64,000 bases of DNA from Anolis carolinensis (taxonomy: Eukaryota): NCBI RefSeq assembly GCF_035594765.1, contig NC_085846.1, positions 84,865,190 through 84,929,189 on the forward strand, in the 5' to 3' direction. A program made the position numbers and the translations under genes. The notes under the pieces were generated by a model that was not told the DNA's origin, made no database searches, and saw only the letters and a list, made by a program, of their open reading frames with translations. Positions 1-12,248 of the stretch are shown piece by piece. Positions within the stretch are counted from its first letter, which is position 1. Every line of letters begins with the position of its first letter.

Positions 1-263
1 TCATTACAATTAATGGCTGCTATTTACCAAAGTTTTCAAACTACTATATTGATAACATCTCGATAACATAGACATTGTACATAGATGTCCATACCAGCTT
101 CAAATGCAGACTATATCAGTGGCATAATATAGCAATGGATGTAGAAGTATTTTGCCTTGGTGGGAAGACACAGATACTCACCATTTTAGTTTTTTCACTG
201 TAGTGCAAACATTTAGCCACTATAGTGGTCTTTACAGCTATGTGTTTTACTGTGCATCTAGTA

Positions 264-658
264 CAGTGGTTCTCATCTTTTTTTTTTTACCAGGGCCCAT
301 TTGACCAGGGACCACTTTGACCGGGAACCATTCTCCAACATTAGTATCAAAAGGATTACGAATCAGTTTTTGGTCAACTTTCAATTCGGTTTGGTTATTT
401 GAGATGCTGATTCAGAAAATTGCATTGGATAGACCATATCAGTTCTAGTTTCTGATACAGAACATATGCCACCCAGTAGTTGCCTTCTGCTTGCCCACAG
501 AAAACCATATTTAATAATCTAAAGCTGATGTGGTCTATCCAATGCAATGGTCAGCTCTGTGGAAAAGAGCAGAAATAAAATTAATAAAATAAAATAAAGA
601 GGAAGGAGGTTTGTGGACCGGATTTTAATTCTCACGGCCGACGGGTTGGGAACCGCTG
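264..658. mobile_element. Non-autonomous hAT DNA transposon (CAGTGG-type TIR)
   Basis: Termini CAGTGGTTCTCA / TTGGGAACCGCTG; perfect 8-bp TSD ATCTAGTA (256-263, 659-666); left ~280 bp shared with element at 35126. Confidence 0.9.
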
Positions 659-1230
659 ATCTAGTAGTTACAGGCTCAAACTATACTGAAAAACATTTCA
701 GGATTTTTGAGAAGGACTTTCTTCTCTGAAAGGCAAACAGAATTCTGATGAAGGGAATTTTACAAAACAGCAAGAGGGGAAGAAAGAGATAACATTATCT
801 TCCAGTTTTTAATTGCCCCCGTGCTTCGAAAAATTGTGCTGGCTTTTCCCTGATTATTATCAAACAGAATGTTAGTACTTGCCAAAGAAGAAGAAGAAGA
901 AGAAAATTGCTTTACTGTCCCACTGGGTCTGCTTCAAAGATGCACATAGGCACAATCATAGCTATTTCTTTTCCCCAAAAATAAAAATATAATGTGTGCC
1001 ATAAAGATTTACCTATCTTTCATGGCTTCAGATGCTTTGGTCTTATTTTGCATTGCTTCATACTGGCAGAAAGTTCTAGCCAGCCTTTACAGGGTCCACT
1101 ATTTACAGTAGGAAATACTGGAACTTCAAATATTTTGTAGCAGATTTGAGGAGGGGGAGACACATGGGGTGGGGACGACAGATGGAGGACATATTACTGT
1201 TGATTGCTCTGTCTGTGGCTATAATTACTA

Positions 1231-1624
1231 CCGTGTTTCCCCGAAAATAAGACAGTGTCTTATATTAATTTTTGCTCCCAAAGAAGCACTAGGTCTTATT
1301 TTCAGGTGATGTCTTATTTTTCCATGAAGGAGAATTCACATTAATGAACATTTATTATATACTGTATAGTAGTTGTCATCACAAACCAGCATAACCAAAC
1401 TGTTAATCTTATCAAGAATTTGTTACTACCACTATTTCCATGTAGAATAATGTGTGGTACTTACATTTACTGATCCTGCCTGCTCTGGTGTTGTTTGGCG
1501 GGCATGCTTCCAAACAAAAAATTTGCTAGGTCTTACTTTCAGGGGAGGCCTTATATTTAGCAATTCAGCAAAACCTCTACTAGGTCTTATTTTCTGGGGA
1601 TATCTTATTTTCGGGGAAACAGGG
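1231..1624. mobile_element. Tc1/mariner-pogo type MITE
   Basis: ~22-bp TIR CCGTGTTTCCCCGAAAATAAGA / TCTTATTTTCGGGGAAACAGGG; TA on both sides; internal GGTCTTATTTT repeats. Confidence 0.9.
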
Positions 1625-1913
1625 TATAGTTCCCAATTTCTTTTTAAACAACCACAGGATGTTCTGTTTCTCACACTACAGCACACTATTCTTACCTAGA
1701 TGCCCTCCCCGATACATTACAACCAAAAAAATCAAAACAAAACCATTTGAAAAGTGAGTTCCTCTTTCTCTTTGCTAGATAAGAGGAGCACTGGCTCTTT
1801 ATGCTAAAACAGTAAGATTTTTTTTGGAATAGTGTTACTTTGTGGGGGGGGGGGGGAAGCATTCCTTGTGAGGTCTGGTCCAATAGTAAGCAAAGACATA
1901 ACTGACCAATTGT

Positions 1914-2960
1914 ATATCCTATCTTATCCTATCTTGATTTGTTGTTGATCCACTCCTTTGGGCTTCACGTAAATCTACCATTTGCCAAAATATTTCATTC
2001 TGTACTATTTTTCCCATTTCTGTCTGAATAGTTTAACCATTGGTTTGTCCCATCGAATGCGAGGTCCGCCCAAGGGCTGCTTGTGGTCCCTTGGTGTCCA
2101 GTTTGTTAGTTGACATGTCCAATGGTTGTCTTTTGTTTGTGCTACCGTATATGCCCTGCCCATCTTCTTTTTGCCTCATTGACCACGTCTCTTACCCAGT
2201 TCTTTAAGGATGTGTCATGCCACACATCCTTCTTTCCATTGCTCTCTGAGTTGCTGCAAGTTTTTCCTCCTCAAACTTTGTTGTTGCCTATTCTTCAGAG
2301 GCATACAACATTGCTGGCAAAACTGTAGTGTTAAAGATATCTGGCAGCATATCATCTGTTAGCACTGTCCAGTTTTGATTAAAAGCCATCCAGGCTGCCT
2401 TGCATCTTCTTGCCCATTTGCCATTTGCCAAATTATTTGACTGTATTTGTTGTCTGAGATATTCATATTCAGTCATTTCCTCAATTTCATCTCCACGATG
2501 TGGCTCTGGAACACACTGCTCATTTTTCATTTATTTCGTTTTCCTCAAGTTCATTTCCAGTCTTACTGATTTTGAGAGTTGGGCTAGTTTTTGAAGATCA
2601 TGTTGTAAATCTTTTGGATTTTTGGTGAAAAGGACGTAATCATCTGTGAAGAGGAGATGAGAATGTTGTTTGCCATCAATTGAAATCCCGCCTTTAAATT
2701 TAATTTTTCGGAAGAGACTTTGCAAAGTTGTCTCAAACGGTTTTGGCAATATTATGTCTCCTTGACACACTCTGATATGACACACTTCTGACAACAGTTT
2801 TATATCCACTGTGTACCCTGTATTGATGCATTTTATGATGTTCACATACACTGGGTTTACACTGGCTTGGTGCAGAGCATTAAGGATAGCATTTATCTCA
2901 AATGAGTCCTTTTGGTAATCAATGAAAGCAAGACAAACCAGATGTTCTCTGCTTTTTTCT
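1914..2960 (-). mobile_element. RTE-clade LINE, degraded 3' part (RT domain and tail)
   Basis: Minus-strand frames give QGDIILPKPF, GISIDGKQHSHLLFTDD, EYEYLRQ, FNTTVLPAMLYASE (RTE RT motifs); short tandem-repeat tail near 1914-1936. Confidence 0.85.
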
Positions 2961-3228
2961 GATATGTCTCCTACCTCCTCGTGGTGTCAGATGGAAATGG
3001 CTCTAGATCTGAGATGGTGATGCTCAACACATGTCGAGGAAGAACCAGTGTCAGCTAAAAGCAGACAAGGCACCCAAAATCGGTTCCGGATTGAGTCCCG
3101 GAACTGATAGATTGTTGGACTGAATTAAAAGTTGTGATCTCATTTTGCCTCAGGTGGGTATACTGATCTTGAGATTAGAAGGAAATCGAAGTCTGAAAAT
3201 AATCCAGGTCTATTCATCGGCATCAAAT
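2961..3228 (+). mobile_element. RTE LINE 5' part (putative 5'UTR plus AP-endonuclease fragment), inverted relative to adjacent RT part
   Basis: IKSCDLILPQVGILILRLEGNRSLKIIQVYSSAS resembles the RTE endonuclease motif (..IIQVYAPTS). Confidence 0.6.
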
Positions 3229-3280
3229 AACAAAACACAGTTTATTCTACATACATGCACACACTTTTTGTACATACATA

Positions 3281-3300
3281 CACACACACACACACACACA
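3281..3300. repeat. (CA)n microsatellite
   Basis: Direct reading. Confidence 0.95.
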
Positions 3301-3889
3301 GTGCACATTGCTTTTCAGTGTAAAAAATACCATACTATACATCTTGAAAACGGTGAGAAGAAACAGCATACAAGTTATTTTTTCCCCACATTTTTAAAAA
3401 TCTTTAATGCAGTAATCTCTAAATTCATTTAAAGTAGCCATTTGTAAGCAGTACGGAATCAGTCACCACACTAAATAGTGAAAACATTTTATTATATTTT
3501 TTCTACATAGATACTCCTTTATTTGGGGATACTGTATTCATATCTTTTTCATCTCTTTGAACTCAGTAAAAAACGCGCTGGGTCAGTTTTCAAAGAACTG
3601 GGAGAGTTCTTTATGGTTGTATTACTAAAGGAATTATAGGAGTGACATGGTGTGGAGGACTATTAACACACACATCAATAATATTAAATAGCATTTTCTG
3701 TTATAAAGAAATCCTGTTAAGGATCAACTGCTTGTCTCAGTCTTATTTAATCTCGTCTTGATGCTCCTCAGAAGAGAAAGGATTTGATTTCCTATGGCAG
3801 TTTAGCATGTCTTTGTGGCTAGCAATTAAAAAAGAGATTTTGCTGAAAATGAGCAAAATAGATAAATTATTCACATCTCTTTCTCTGTG

Positions 3890-3890
<1 letters not shown>

Positions 3891-3940
<50 letters not shown>
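3891..3940. repeat. (CTAT)n microsatellite
   Basis: Direct reading. Confidence 0.95.
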
Positions 3941-3941
<1 letters not shown>

Positions 3942-3957
3942 GTGGAATGTTTTGTTG

Positions 3958-4060
3958 CACAACTTGAGTATTCTTTATCTGATATGCTTGGGATCAGAAG
4001 TGTCGTGTATTTTGACAACCCCCCCCCCCCCAGATTTTGGAATACTTATATTTGCGCATA
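3958..4060. mobile_element. Tigger-like DNA transposon end fragment
   Basis: TTGAGTATTCTTTATCTGATATGCTTGGGATCAGAAGTGT resembles Tigger4/MER46-type termini; other end not found. Confidence 0.5.
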
Positions 4061-4067
4061 TATATAC

Positions 4068-4068
<1 letters not shown>

Positions 4069-4122
<54 letters not shown>
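4069..4122. repeat. (GATA)n(GA)n microsatellite
   Basis: Direct reading. Confidence 0.95.
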
Positions 4123-4199
4123 TTGTAAAAGTTGCAACCCTATGATAATTTGGAAATGATGCATCATTTTCACTTTGAACCAAACAATCCTTTTACTCA

Positions 4200-4358
4200 G
4201 GCTGGATCTACACTGGATCTACACTGCCCTATATCCTAGGATCTGATTCCAGATTATCTGTTTAACCCAGATTATCTGGCAATGTAGACTCATAGAATCC
4301 AATTCAAAGACAATAAACTCTGATTGGATCCTGGGATATAGAGCAGTGTAGATCCAAT
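4200..4358. mobile_element. Palindromic PIF/Harbinger-like MITE
   Basis: GGATCTACACTGCCCTATATCCTAGGATC ... GATCCTGGGATATAGAGCAGTGTAGATCC inverted ends. Confidence 0.7.
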
Positions 4359-5229
4359 CTCAATCAGTTTAATGCTGTGGATCATTGCGGTCTAGAAAAC
4401 CTTTATTTATTTACCCTTCCTTTCTTGACCTCATTCTAAGCTAAACAAACACTTATTAAGGTCCAACCTAGTTTTCTCTGATGCCATCAGGTCAAAAACA
4501 TTGTGGTGAGGAGGCTTATGTGTTAGCACTTGTCAACCAAACATAATCTGCTAAAATTGATTTTTTTAAATAATTGTTTCGAGTGATTATGATGTCATGA
4601 TGTATCCAACTATATAAGTACCCAATGGTTCGCAGTGAGAAACCCTTCTCTGTCCTAGCTAAGCACGTAGCCTCTAACTATCCTGGTTGGCAGAGGCAGT
4701 CCTGGTTACTCCTCTGCCCTCCCATTTTTTCAGCTGCTTTTAAACTGTCCTGGTTTCTCTCTCTTCTTCCCCCTTCCCCCTTTTTTTCTTCAGTTTACGT
4801 CCATTGCTGCATACTGGAATCAAGGAGCAGTAGGTCCTTATAGAAATTGAAAGTCATGTACATTTGGTTCTACTTGGGCATTCACTGCTCTTCAGGACCT
4901 ATTTTGGAGGCTTTACCAAAATCCTACTGATCCATCAAATTGGAATAGAAGACATCTTTGGTTTGGATTATGAACCGCATAACTGTTTCTGGTTCAACGG
5001 AAGGGCAGATATTTTTTTTCAGCCTGAAGCTTTAGTTCAAGAAGTAAAGGAAAGGACAGATAAAATAGTTGCTATGGTGATGAGTGTTTGGTCAAGCTAG
5101 AAGGCAGTGAATGACTATAACAACTCTTTACACAAATATGATTAATCTTTTCTACTACTTTTTGGAGATGTTTCTCATTTATAAGAATGGTTCCTTGATA
5201 TTTATAAACAGAATGAAGTATTCTGAAAG

Positions 5230-5455
5230 AGCCCGCATGATGTAGTGGTTAGAGCACTGGACTAAAACTCTGGAGATCAGGGTTTGACCTCTTGCTTGGC
5301 CATAGAAACCCCCTTGGGCAAGTCACACTCTTTAAGTCTTAGAAGAAGGCCAAAGCAAACCTTTCTGAATAAACCTTGCCAAGAAAAAAACCCGTAATAG
5401 GTTCACTTTATGGTTGCCATAAGTTGGAAATAACCTGAAGACTCAAAACAACAAA
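5230..5455 (+). mobile_element. tRNA-derived SINE (Anolis SINE2-like)
   Basis: A-box-like TGTAGTGGTTAGAGC, degenerate B box, core CCTTGGGCAAGTCAC, CAACAA tail; related copies at 32082, 57320, 57530, 58420. Confidence 0.75.
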
Positions 5456-5457
5456 AG

Positions 5458-5671
5458 TACCCTGGAGGCATCAGGCTCTGCATGATCTTGATATCTAACC
5501 AGGATCAGGCTGGGTTAGTGCTTGGATGGGGAGACTACCAAGGAATGTCAGATGCTGAAGGCTATATTTCAGAGGAAAGCACAAGCAAACTTCCTTAGAT
5601 GATTATTTGCCTTAAAAAAAACCCTGTGAAATAATTTTGTCAAAAGGTGACTTAAAGGTACACACACAACA
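5458..5671 (+). mobile_element. 5S rRNA-derived SINE (5S-Sauria type)
   Basis: Head aligns by eye to 5S rRNA (GGTTAGTGCTTGGATGGGGAGAC...TGCTGAAGGCT), then a non-5S body shared with the copy at 39803. Confidence 0.8.
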
Positions 5672-6091
5672 TCTTTCTATGTATGGCATAACAGCTGATT
5701 GATTGGTATACAAAGCTTGCCTTTCTCAAGCTAAATTATGTCTTGTAGATAGAGTTGAATAAATCTAAGTTTCCTTTCCTCTTCTTTCTGGTGAGACATA
5801 TTTTCTTCAATTTATACCTGGATTGATTTTCTGTTTGCATTTCACTGAATCCTACACCTCAGCCCCAGGGACTTCCATCTTAGATCATATAATCTTTTCT
5901 CCTCTGCTGGGACAAGTACGTATAATTTTTCTTCCTCAGTCTATAAACCAAACTCCTGCATACCTGAAAATCATACTTTAAAATGTAGAAATGACCAAAA
6001 ATTAGGGACAAATTAGGATTTACACCATGTAATTAGTTTTGCATTTGGTGAGTTTTGTATCAATAATTACTTTCCCTTATATTTTAATATA

Positions 6092-6414
6092 CAGTAGAGT
6101 CTCACTTATCCAACACTCGCTTATCCAACATTCTGGATTATCCAACGCATTTTTGTAGTCAATGTTTTCAATACACCATGATATTTTGGTGCTAAATTCG
6201 TAAATACAGTAATTGATACGTAGCATTACTGCGGATTGAACTACTTTTTCTGTCAAATTTGTTGTATACCATGATGTTTTGGTGCTTAATTTGTAAAATC
6301 ATAACCTAATTTGATGTTTAATCGGCTTTTCCTTAATCTCTCCTTATTATCCAACATATTCGCTTATCCAATGTTTTGCCGGCCCATTTACGTTGGATAA
6401 GTGAGACTCTACTG
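6092..6414. mobile_element. 323-bp Tc1/mariner MITE (CAGTAGAGTCTCACTTATCCAA TIR)
   Basis: Perfect 23-bp TIR, TA TSD; six copies in window. Confidence 0.95.
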
Positions 6415-6581
6415 TATGTTGTAATCCATTTTACTTTTTTTATCATGGTATTAAAGTTTCTTGAAATTATTTATACATTTTCCTCTTATTTCTTGAATGT
6501 TATGCCTTCATTTAATAAAAATGATTGCATCTCTATAATGTTTTAAAGAAAACTTTCAAATTTATTACACTTGTAAATAGT

Positions 6582-6902
6582 GGCGCATTAGGTTGAGCTG
6601 CTGAGCAGCTGAACTTGCTGACCGCAAGGTCGGTGGTTCGAATCCGGGGAGTGAGGTGAGCTTCTGCTGTTAGCCCTAGCTTCTGCCAACCTAGCAGTTT
6701 GGATACATGAAAATATGATAGATCAATAGGTACTGCTCTGGTGGGAAAGTAACAGCGCTCCATGCAGTCATGCCAGCCATATGATCTTGGAGGTATCTAT
6801 GGACAATACTGGCTCTTTGACTTAGAAATGGAGATAAGCACCAACCCCCAGAGTTGGACACAACTAGACTTAATGTCAGGGGAAAATCTCTACTGTTACC
6901 TA
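6582..6902 (+). mobile_element. Sauria SINE
   Basis: B box GGTTCGAATCC, body TTCTGCCAACCTAGCAGTT, Bov-B-like 3' end and degenerate ACCTTT tail. Confidence 0.9.
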
Positions 6903-7005
6903 AATGGTCTCTGGTTATCTCCAGTTTCTCCCTGCCATCTTTATCTGCTAAAAGTAATTTAATCAGAACAACATGTTTTTAGAGAGTTCTTGTGTGGCCA
7001 TGTTA

Positions 7006-7524
7006 GGGCCGATCTAACATACTCCCACCCTCCGTGTTGCAGCAATCACCAGCTCTGACATGGGTCCTCCCTTCCATCCTGTTTCCTGGGCTCGGGAGGC
7101 CCAGGGACAAGGAATGGCAGTTATTGTCCCCTCCTGCCCTCCATGTCAAGGCAGTTCCTGGCCACAACACAGGTCTTAGCTGTTCACTGTCACCTGCAGT
7201 GATGTGATACACTGGTCGGGAGGGGGAGAGGAGGGAGAACTCCTCCTCTCTCCCATCCCTCATCATCCCAAATAATGTAATTGCTAGCAATGGCAGACAG
7301 GTAGCTCCTCTGTCACAGTTACAGATCATCATGCCACAGAGGGTAGGAGGGGATGCTTAGGGTGGCCATTTAATGGCATTGAACCACACAGTGTTGCTGC
7401 GTGGTTGAGACTCTGTCCTGCCTCTGAAGTGACTGGGGGAGACCCTGTTTCACCGAGACCAGATCTGATCCAGCATACACCACACCAGATTGGGCCCAGA
7501 TTTTAGGTCAATGTAGGTCCACCC
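7006..7524. mobile_element. Old PIF/Harbinger-like non-autonomous element
   Basis: Imperfect TIR GGGCCGATCTAACAT / ATGTAGGTCCACCC flanked by TTA and TAA; GC-richer than flanks. Confidence 0.45.
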
Positions 7525-8416
7525 TAAGACTGCAACCCTGTGACCATTTTCCTGAGGTTATGCCATATTTAACTCAATGGAACCTCTTTAGAATAAACAT
7601 TATTGGAATGCACTGAAAATATCAAAATTTATGCTTCAATGTGGAAAATTAATCATGATTTACTGTTAAATCCCATTCATTATAGCATAAAGCAATTACA
7701 ACTAAAAGTGCATTTAAAAGATCAGAAAGTCCCAGAATGTGTTCCTGTTCTTTCTAATTTTATTTAGAAGACCATATACATTTTGTTTTGGGGTTTTTTT
7801 TAAAGGATGTTCTCCATCGGCTCCTCATGTAATCAGAGCCTTTTTATATCAGTGTCCCATGGTGGTTTATTTTAACCCAGTGTAAACACAGAATGAGTAG
7901 TAACATAACCGGGGACTTTTCAATCATTCTGGATGCACCCTATATCTGGATCCAGAGCAATGGCTGATTATTCTTAAATAACAAAATGTTGATCGTTTTA
8001 ACAGCAAAAGTATAAACTAAAACAATAAATTAAATTGTCCAGACTGAAGAATACAGCTATGAACTAAGACAAATGGCAAGAAAATTTCTTTTGTGCCCCC
8101 TTGTGGCTAGATTAAACAACAATATCTGTATTGGCGTTATGAGAATTTCTGCTGTTAGAAAAATCAACAGAGAAAGCAGTAGAAATTATTTACACAATGG
8201 AAAATGAAGAGAGCTTTTATTTGAAAATTAAGCTTTAATTAAAAGCCAAGGGGCTTTTAATTTGTTGTTTAAAAACAATAAAATGTCTTATGGTAAATAC
8301 TAGAAAATCTGATAGTAGTCTATCAGATGCACCCCACATCTTCAGCTGAGTGGAAATCTGTAGGTACTATATTCAGTCAGTTTGGAATAAATGGTTAAGC
8401 TAATTCATTCCAGGAT

Positions 8417-8478
8417 ATGGCCCCATGTAAGCCGCCCCGAGTCCCCATTGGGGAGATGGTGGCGGGGTATAAATAAAG

Positions 8479-8526
<48 letters not shown>

Positions 8527-8547
8527 CATCATCATCATCATCATCAT
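8417..8547 (+). mobile_element. L2 LINE 3'-terminal stem-loop fragment with (TAT)n(CAT)n tail
   Basis: TGTAAGCCGCCCCGAGTCCCCATTGGGGAGATGGTGGCGGGGTATAAATAAA; near-identical copy at 38350. Confidence 0.75.
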
Positions 8548-8715
8548 TTATTTGAGCTGCTTTTATCTGATCTGTCAGGACAAGTATTCTAAGAGCAGAC
8601 TCATAGAATGCAATTGGCTAATGAATACAAAGATATTCATGTATTCTCTTTATTCTTACAACAACCATCTACTTCCTTCTGTCTTATATGTGTACCACTT
8701 GGCATCCAGACGAAT

Positions 8716-8912
8716 GGTGCATCTACACTGTAGAATTAATGCAGCTGGACACTGTTTTAATTGCTATAGTTCAATGCTTTGGATTCATAGGAATTGTAAT
8801 TTTACAGAGGCTTTAGATTTCTCTGCCAAAGAGTGCTGGTGACTCACCAAACTACAAATCCCATTATTTCCTAGAATTGAGCCACAGCAGTTAAAGTGGC
8901 GTTACACTGCAC
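8716..8912. mobile_element. Palindromic Harbinger-like MITE (GGTGCATCTACACTG family)
   Basis: Fold-back structure; related pieces at ~13694-13893, 15010-15132, 16300-16482, 47770-47975. Confidence 0.6.
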
Positions 8913-9598
8913 TGGTTGTGTTTTTGAATGCAATCTTATGTATATAGTCTTCTTAGAAAAATGTATAAACTGAATTCTCCCAAGCAAGAGTCTATAGGTT
9001 GCTTAAAAAATAATTGGTCTCTCCTATAGCCATGGGTTACACATGGATAGATCTCATCTTCTACCATTGTGAAGAGAAGCACACTCCTGATAAGGTTTCC
9101 AGATCTTAAGAGGCTGGCCCTTGGTTTCCCGTTCTCAGAAGAAACAGTGAGGGAATCTGCCACAAAAGATATGTGTGTGTATATATATATATTTCTCCAG
9201 ATTTGTTAAATTTGGGTCCCTCATCCATTTTGTGCAACTATAGTTGAAGCTTAGTGCACCATGCTTTGTAACATCACTGGGAACTGCTCCTTGTAATATC
9301 ACCAAGAGGCACTTCCTGTGACATCACAAGAATGAGTCCCTAGTCTCAGATTTTGGCCCTAAAATCTTAGGATCAGGTGCAATCCTTACCTGGCAATGCT
9401 AATCCAGAGTGGTCTGTGAAGTACTACTATCCATTCTATTACATGCATATATGTATGACGGTATCCAACTTTTAAATCACTGGAGGGCTATGCAGGAAGA
9501 TGGATGTAAATTGACATGCCAGAGTTCGTGTGTTTTGGTGTCATCAGCAAAGAAATGTCCTGTCCTTGAAACATGTTACTGATTTTACAGTTATTACT

Positions 9599-9706
9599 GG
9601 CTGGATCTACACTGCCAATGCAGTTTGAATTGTAATGGGCTAGGGTTGGATCTACACTGCCATATAATGCAATTCAAATTGCATTATTTGACAGTGCAGA
9701 TCCAGG
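9599..9706. mobile_element. Harbinger-like MITE remnant
   Basis: GGATCTACACTGCC twice and inverted CAGTGCAGATCCAG. Confidence 0.55.
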
Positions 9707-10260
9707 CACTGTTACTATCTCCATAATGTGGTATAACTTCTCAACCAGGAGAGTGAGTGAATGAGTTTGGTAATCTTTAAAACAGGGGAAGCCTATCAGA
9801 TCAATACAGGTGATGATAAATTTCAGTGGCTATGTGAGCAGAAACTGATTTTTAAAAAGCTCAACATCACCATGAAACATTTTGTAAAAACAACAGTATT
9901 GTGTATCATAATACTGGCATGAATTAAATCTGCTAGTTGCCAGAGTGTCGCCAGATTCTTTGTTCTTTTAGCTGCAACAAACTAAAATGGCCCTCCCTGC
10001 TGCAACTTTAAAAGTATGTGTGTTATAATTTATTACAGTGCAAAAATTATAAAATGAAATGGTCATCTTCACTGTGCTTTCAAATTACATTTATATGGTT
10101 GTTACAAAGTGCTTGGTGAGGTATGCATTGTTTTTTTTTCTATTATGTAGGATTGTCAACATGTGTTACTGGGGAAGCGTTTAAAATAGTACACATTAAG
10201 AAAGTCAATATGCAATTCTTAGTTTGAAACTGCATTATATGGTCAGTGCAGACCCATATA

Positions 10261-10584
10261 GGAGCTGCCAGTGATGTAGCGGGTTAAACCTGAGCTGCTG
10301 AGCTGAGCTGCTGAACTTGCTGACCAAAAGGTTGGCAGTTCGAATCCGGGGAGCGGGATGAGCTCCCTCTGTTAGCCCAGCTTCTGCCAACCTAGCAGTT
10401 TGAAAATATGCAAATGTGAGTAGACTAATATGTATCGCCAGCCATATGACTTGGAGGTGTCTAAGATAACACCAGCTCTTCGGCTTAGAAATTGAGATGA
10501 GCACCAACCCCCAGAGTCGCACACGACTAGACTTAATGTCAGGGGAAAACCTTTACCTTTACTCCCCCCCCCCTTTTTTTTTTT
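10261..10584 (+). mobile_element. Sauria SINE with 14-bp TSD, nested in a Harbinger-like element (~10220-11085)
   Basis: GGAGC head, B box AGTTCGAATCC, ACCTTTACCTTT tail; TSD TGCAGACCCATATA (10247-10260, 10585-10598). Confidence 0.95.
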
Positions 10585-10711
10585 TGCAGACCCATATACA
10601 TACAGTTTAACTGCATTGTACTGCATGCTATGAGTTTATGGTTCCATCTACACTGATATGTACTACAGTTTGGAACTTCAGTTATGATCAGTGGAGACTT
10701 ATATAATGCAG

Positions 10712-11010
10712 TTTATTTATTTATTTTTATTTATTTCTCACATTTATATCCTGCCCTTCTCACCCAAAGGGACTCAGGGCGGCTTACAACAATGGCAACA
10801 ATTAGATGCCCATACAAAGCAATATAAAACAGCACATAAAACAGTTTAAACTATTAAAATACATTATGAATTAAAAATATACATTTCAAACATAAAATCA
10901 GATCCGTTCTTCCTCATGCTTTGTCCATAGTTCAGTCCGTGTCATCTTTGCCATTTATTGATTAAAAGCCTGGGCACACAGCCATGTTTTTAGGGCTTTT
11001 CTGAAGCCCT
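10712..11010 (-). mobile_element. L2 LINE 3' fragment
   Basis: (TTTA)n tail and stem-loop CCCTTCTCACCCAAAGGGACTCAGGGCGGCTTAC, shared with 27107. Confidence 0.8.
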
Positions 11011-12037
11011 AAGTTTAACTGCATTGAATTGCATTATAAGAGTCTACACAGACCAAACTGCATTGTAAGGCAGTGTAGACACAGCTTTATATTTGAAATG
11101 GGAATAGTATTGTAATTTTACATGTGATACTATCCTTAGGGTGGATCCTGTACATGTCTACGTACCGGTAGGAAAAAGCTTCAGAAGTGCAGAAAAGACA
11201 TAACATTTCAGATATCATCATTTAAAGGAGCATGCTGAAAATAAATGTGACTGGCATTTAAACTTCAAATATACTTTGTGCTTTCCTTTTCATTCTTTTC
11301 TTTCTCTTTCTTTCTTATTAAGAAAGAATCAAGCACAAGATTTTTAAATTGAGAGTTGGGTGTTTTAGCGGGAGCACATAGATTTAATCTATGATCGTGA
11401 CAAAAATGTGATCATATGCAAAATGGTATGATGAATGCACATTAGAAGACTTACTATTACCATATTCTCAGTATACTAAAACATCAGTTTCATGAATACA
11501 TGTTTTAATCATAACATTTGGGAGAAAATCATTTGTATAAAAATGCTAAGTTGGTAGAGTGGATGAGCCTTCAATAGCATCTGTTCGTTCTTTTTTCTTT
11601 TCCCCCCTCACTTGCATCTTTAAATTCCATTTTACTGTTCTCTTCTCACATCACATATTAGCATTCTGGGGGAAAATCTCTAACTACAAGTATGCTAGTC
11701 CATTGTTTTCTCTTGCCAGTATCAACATGGTAACTTGATATATTTGTGTCATAGAGACTGTTTCCTTTTTTTATTTTTCAATGAATAAACATTCTCTAGT
11801 CTCTAAGGAGAGTATTTCTGGCTCTGTTTTAGTAAAAAACATTAAATGACAACGTGAATAGTTTCTATTACTTTGTCACTGAGATGTTCTACATATTCAT
11901 TAAATAAACTTCTAAAAGTGCCTTTATGTCTGTTTTTGCTCTTGTTCCCATGTAGTTTACTGTGTCATGTAAATGGGTTCATTTCTATTACCTCTGTTCA
12001 AGAGCAGAAGAAAAGTAATAATTAAAACTTTCACATC

Positions 12038-12248
12038 CTCTGTTTTCCCCAAAATAAGACCTACCCCGAAAATAAGACCTATCGTTACTTTTCAGCATTT
12101 CTAAGGATGCTTGAAATATAAGCCCTATTTCAAAAATAAGGCCTAGATATAGGTCATTTTAAAAGTCAATTTGGAAAAATAAGACTGCCCCTGAAAACAA
12201 GCCCTAACACATCTTTTGGAGTAAAAAATAATATTTGAGGAAACAGGG
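12038..12248. mobile_element. Tc1/mariner-pogo MITE related to 1231-1624
   Basis: TGTTTTCCCCAAAATAAGAC ... GGAAACAGGG-TA; repeated AAAATAAGAC/CC motifs. Confidence 0.65.

Noticed and set aside
5458-5565. 5S rRNA gene (also 39912-40027)
   Set aside because: Heavily diverged and followed by a shared SINE body rather than an oligo-T terminator
9091-9401. Possible old hAT with TAGGGTTGCCA-like ends and TGTGACATCAC repeats
   Set aside because: Ends degenerate and no TSD; too weak to call
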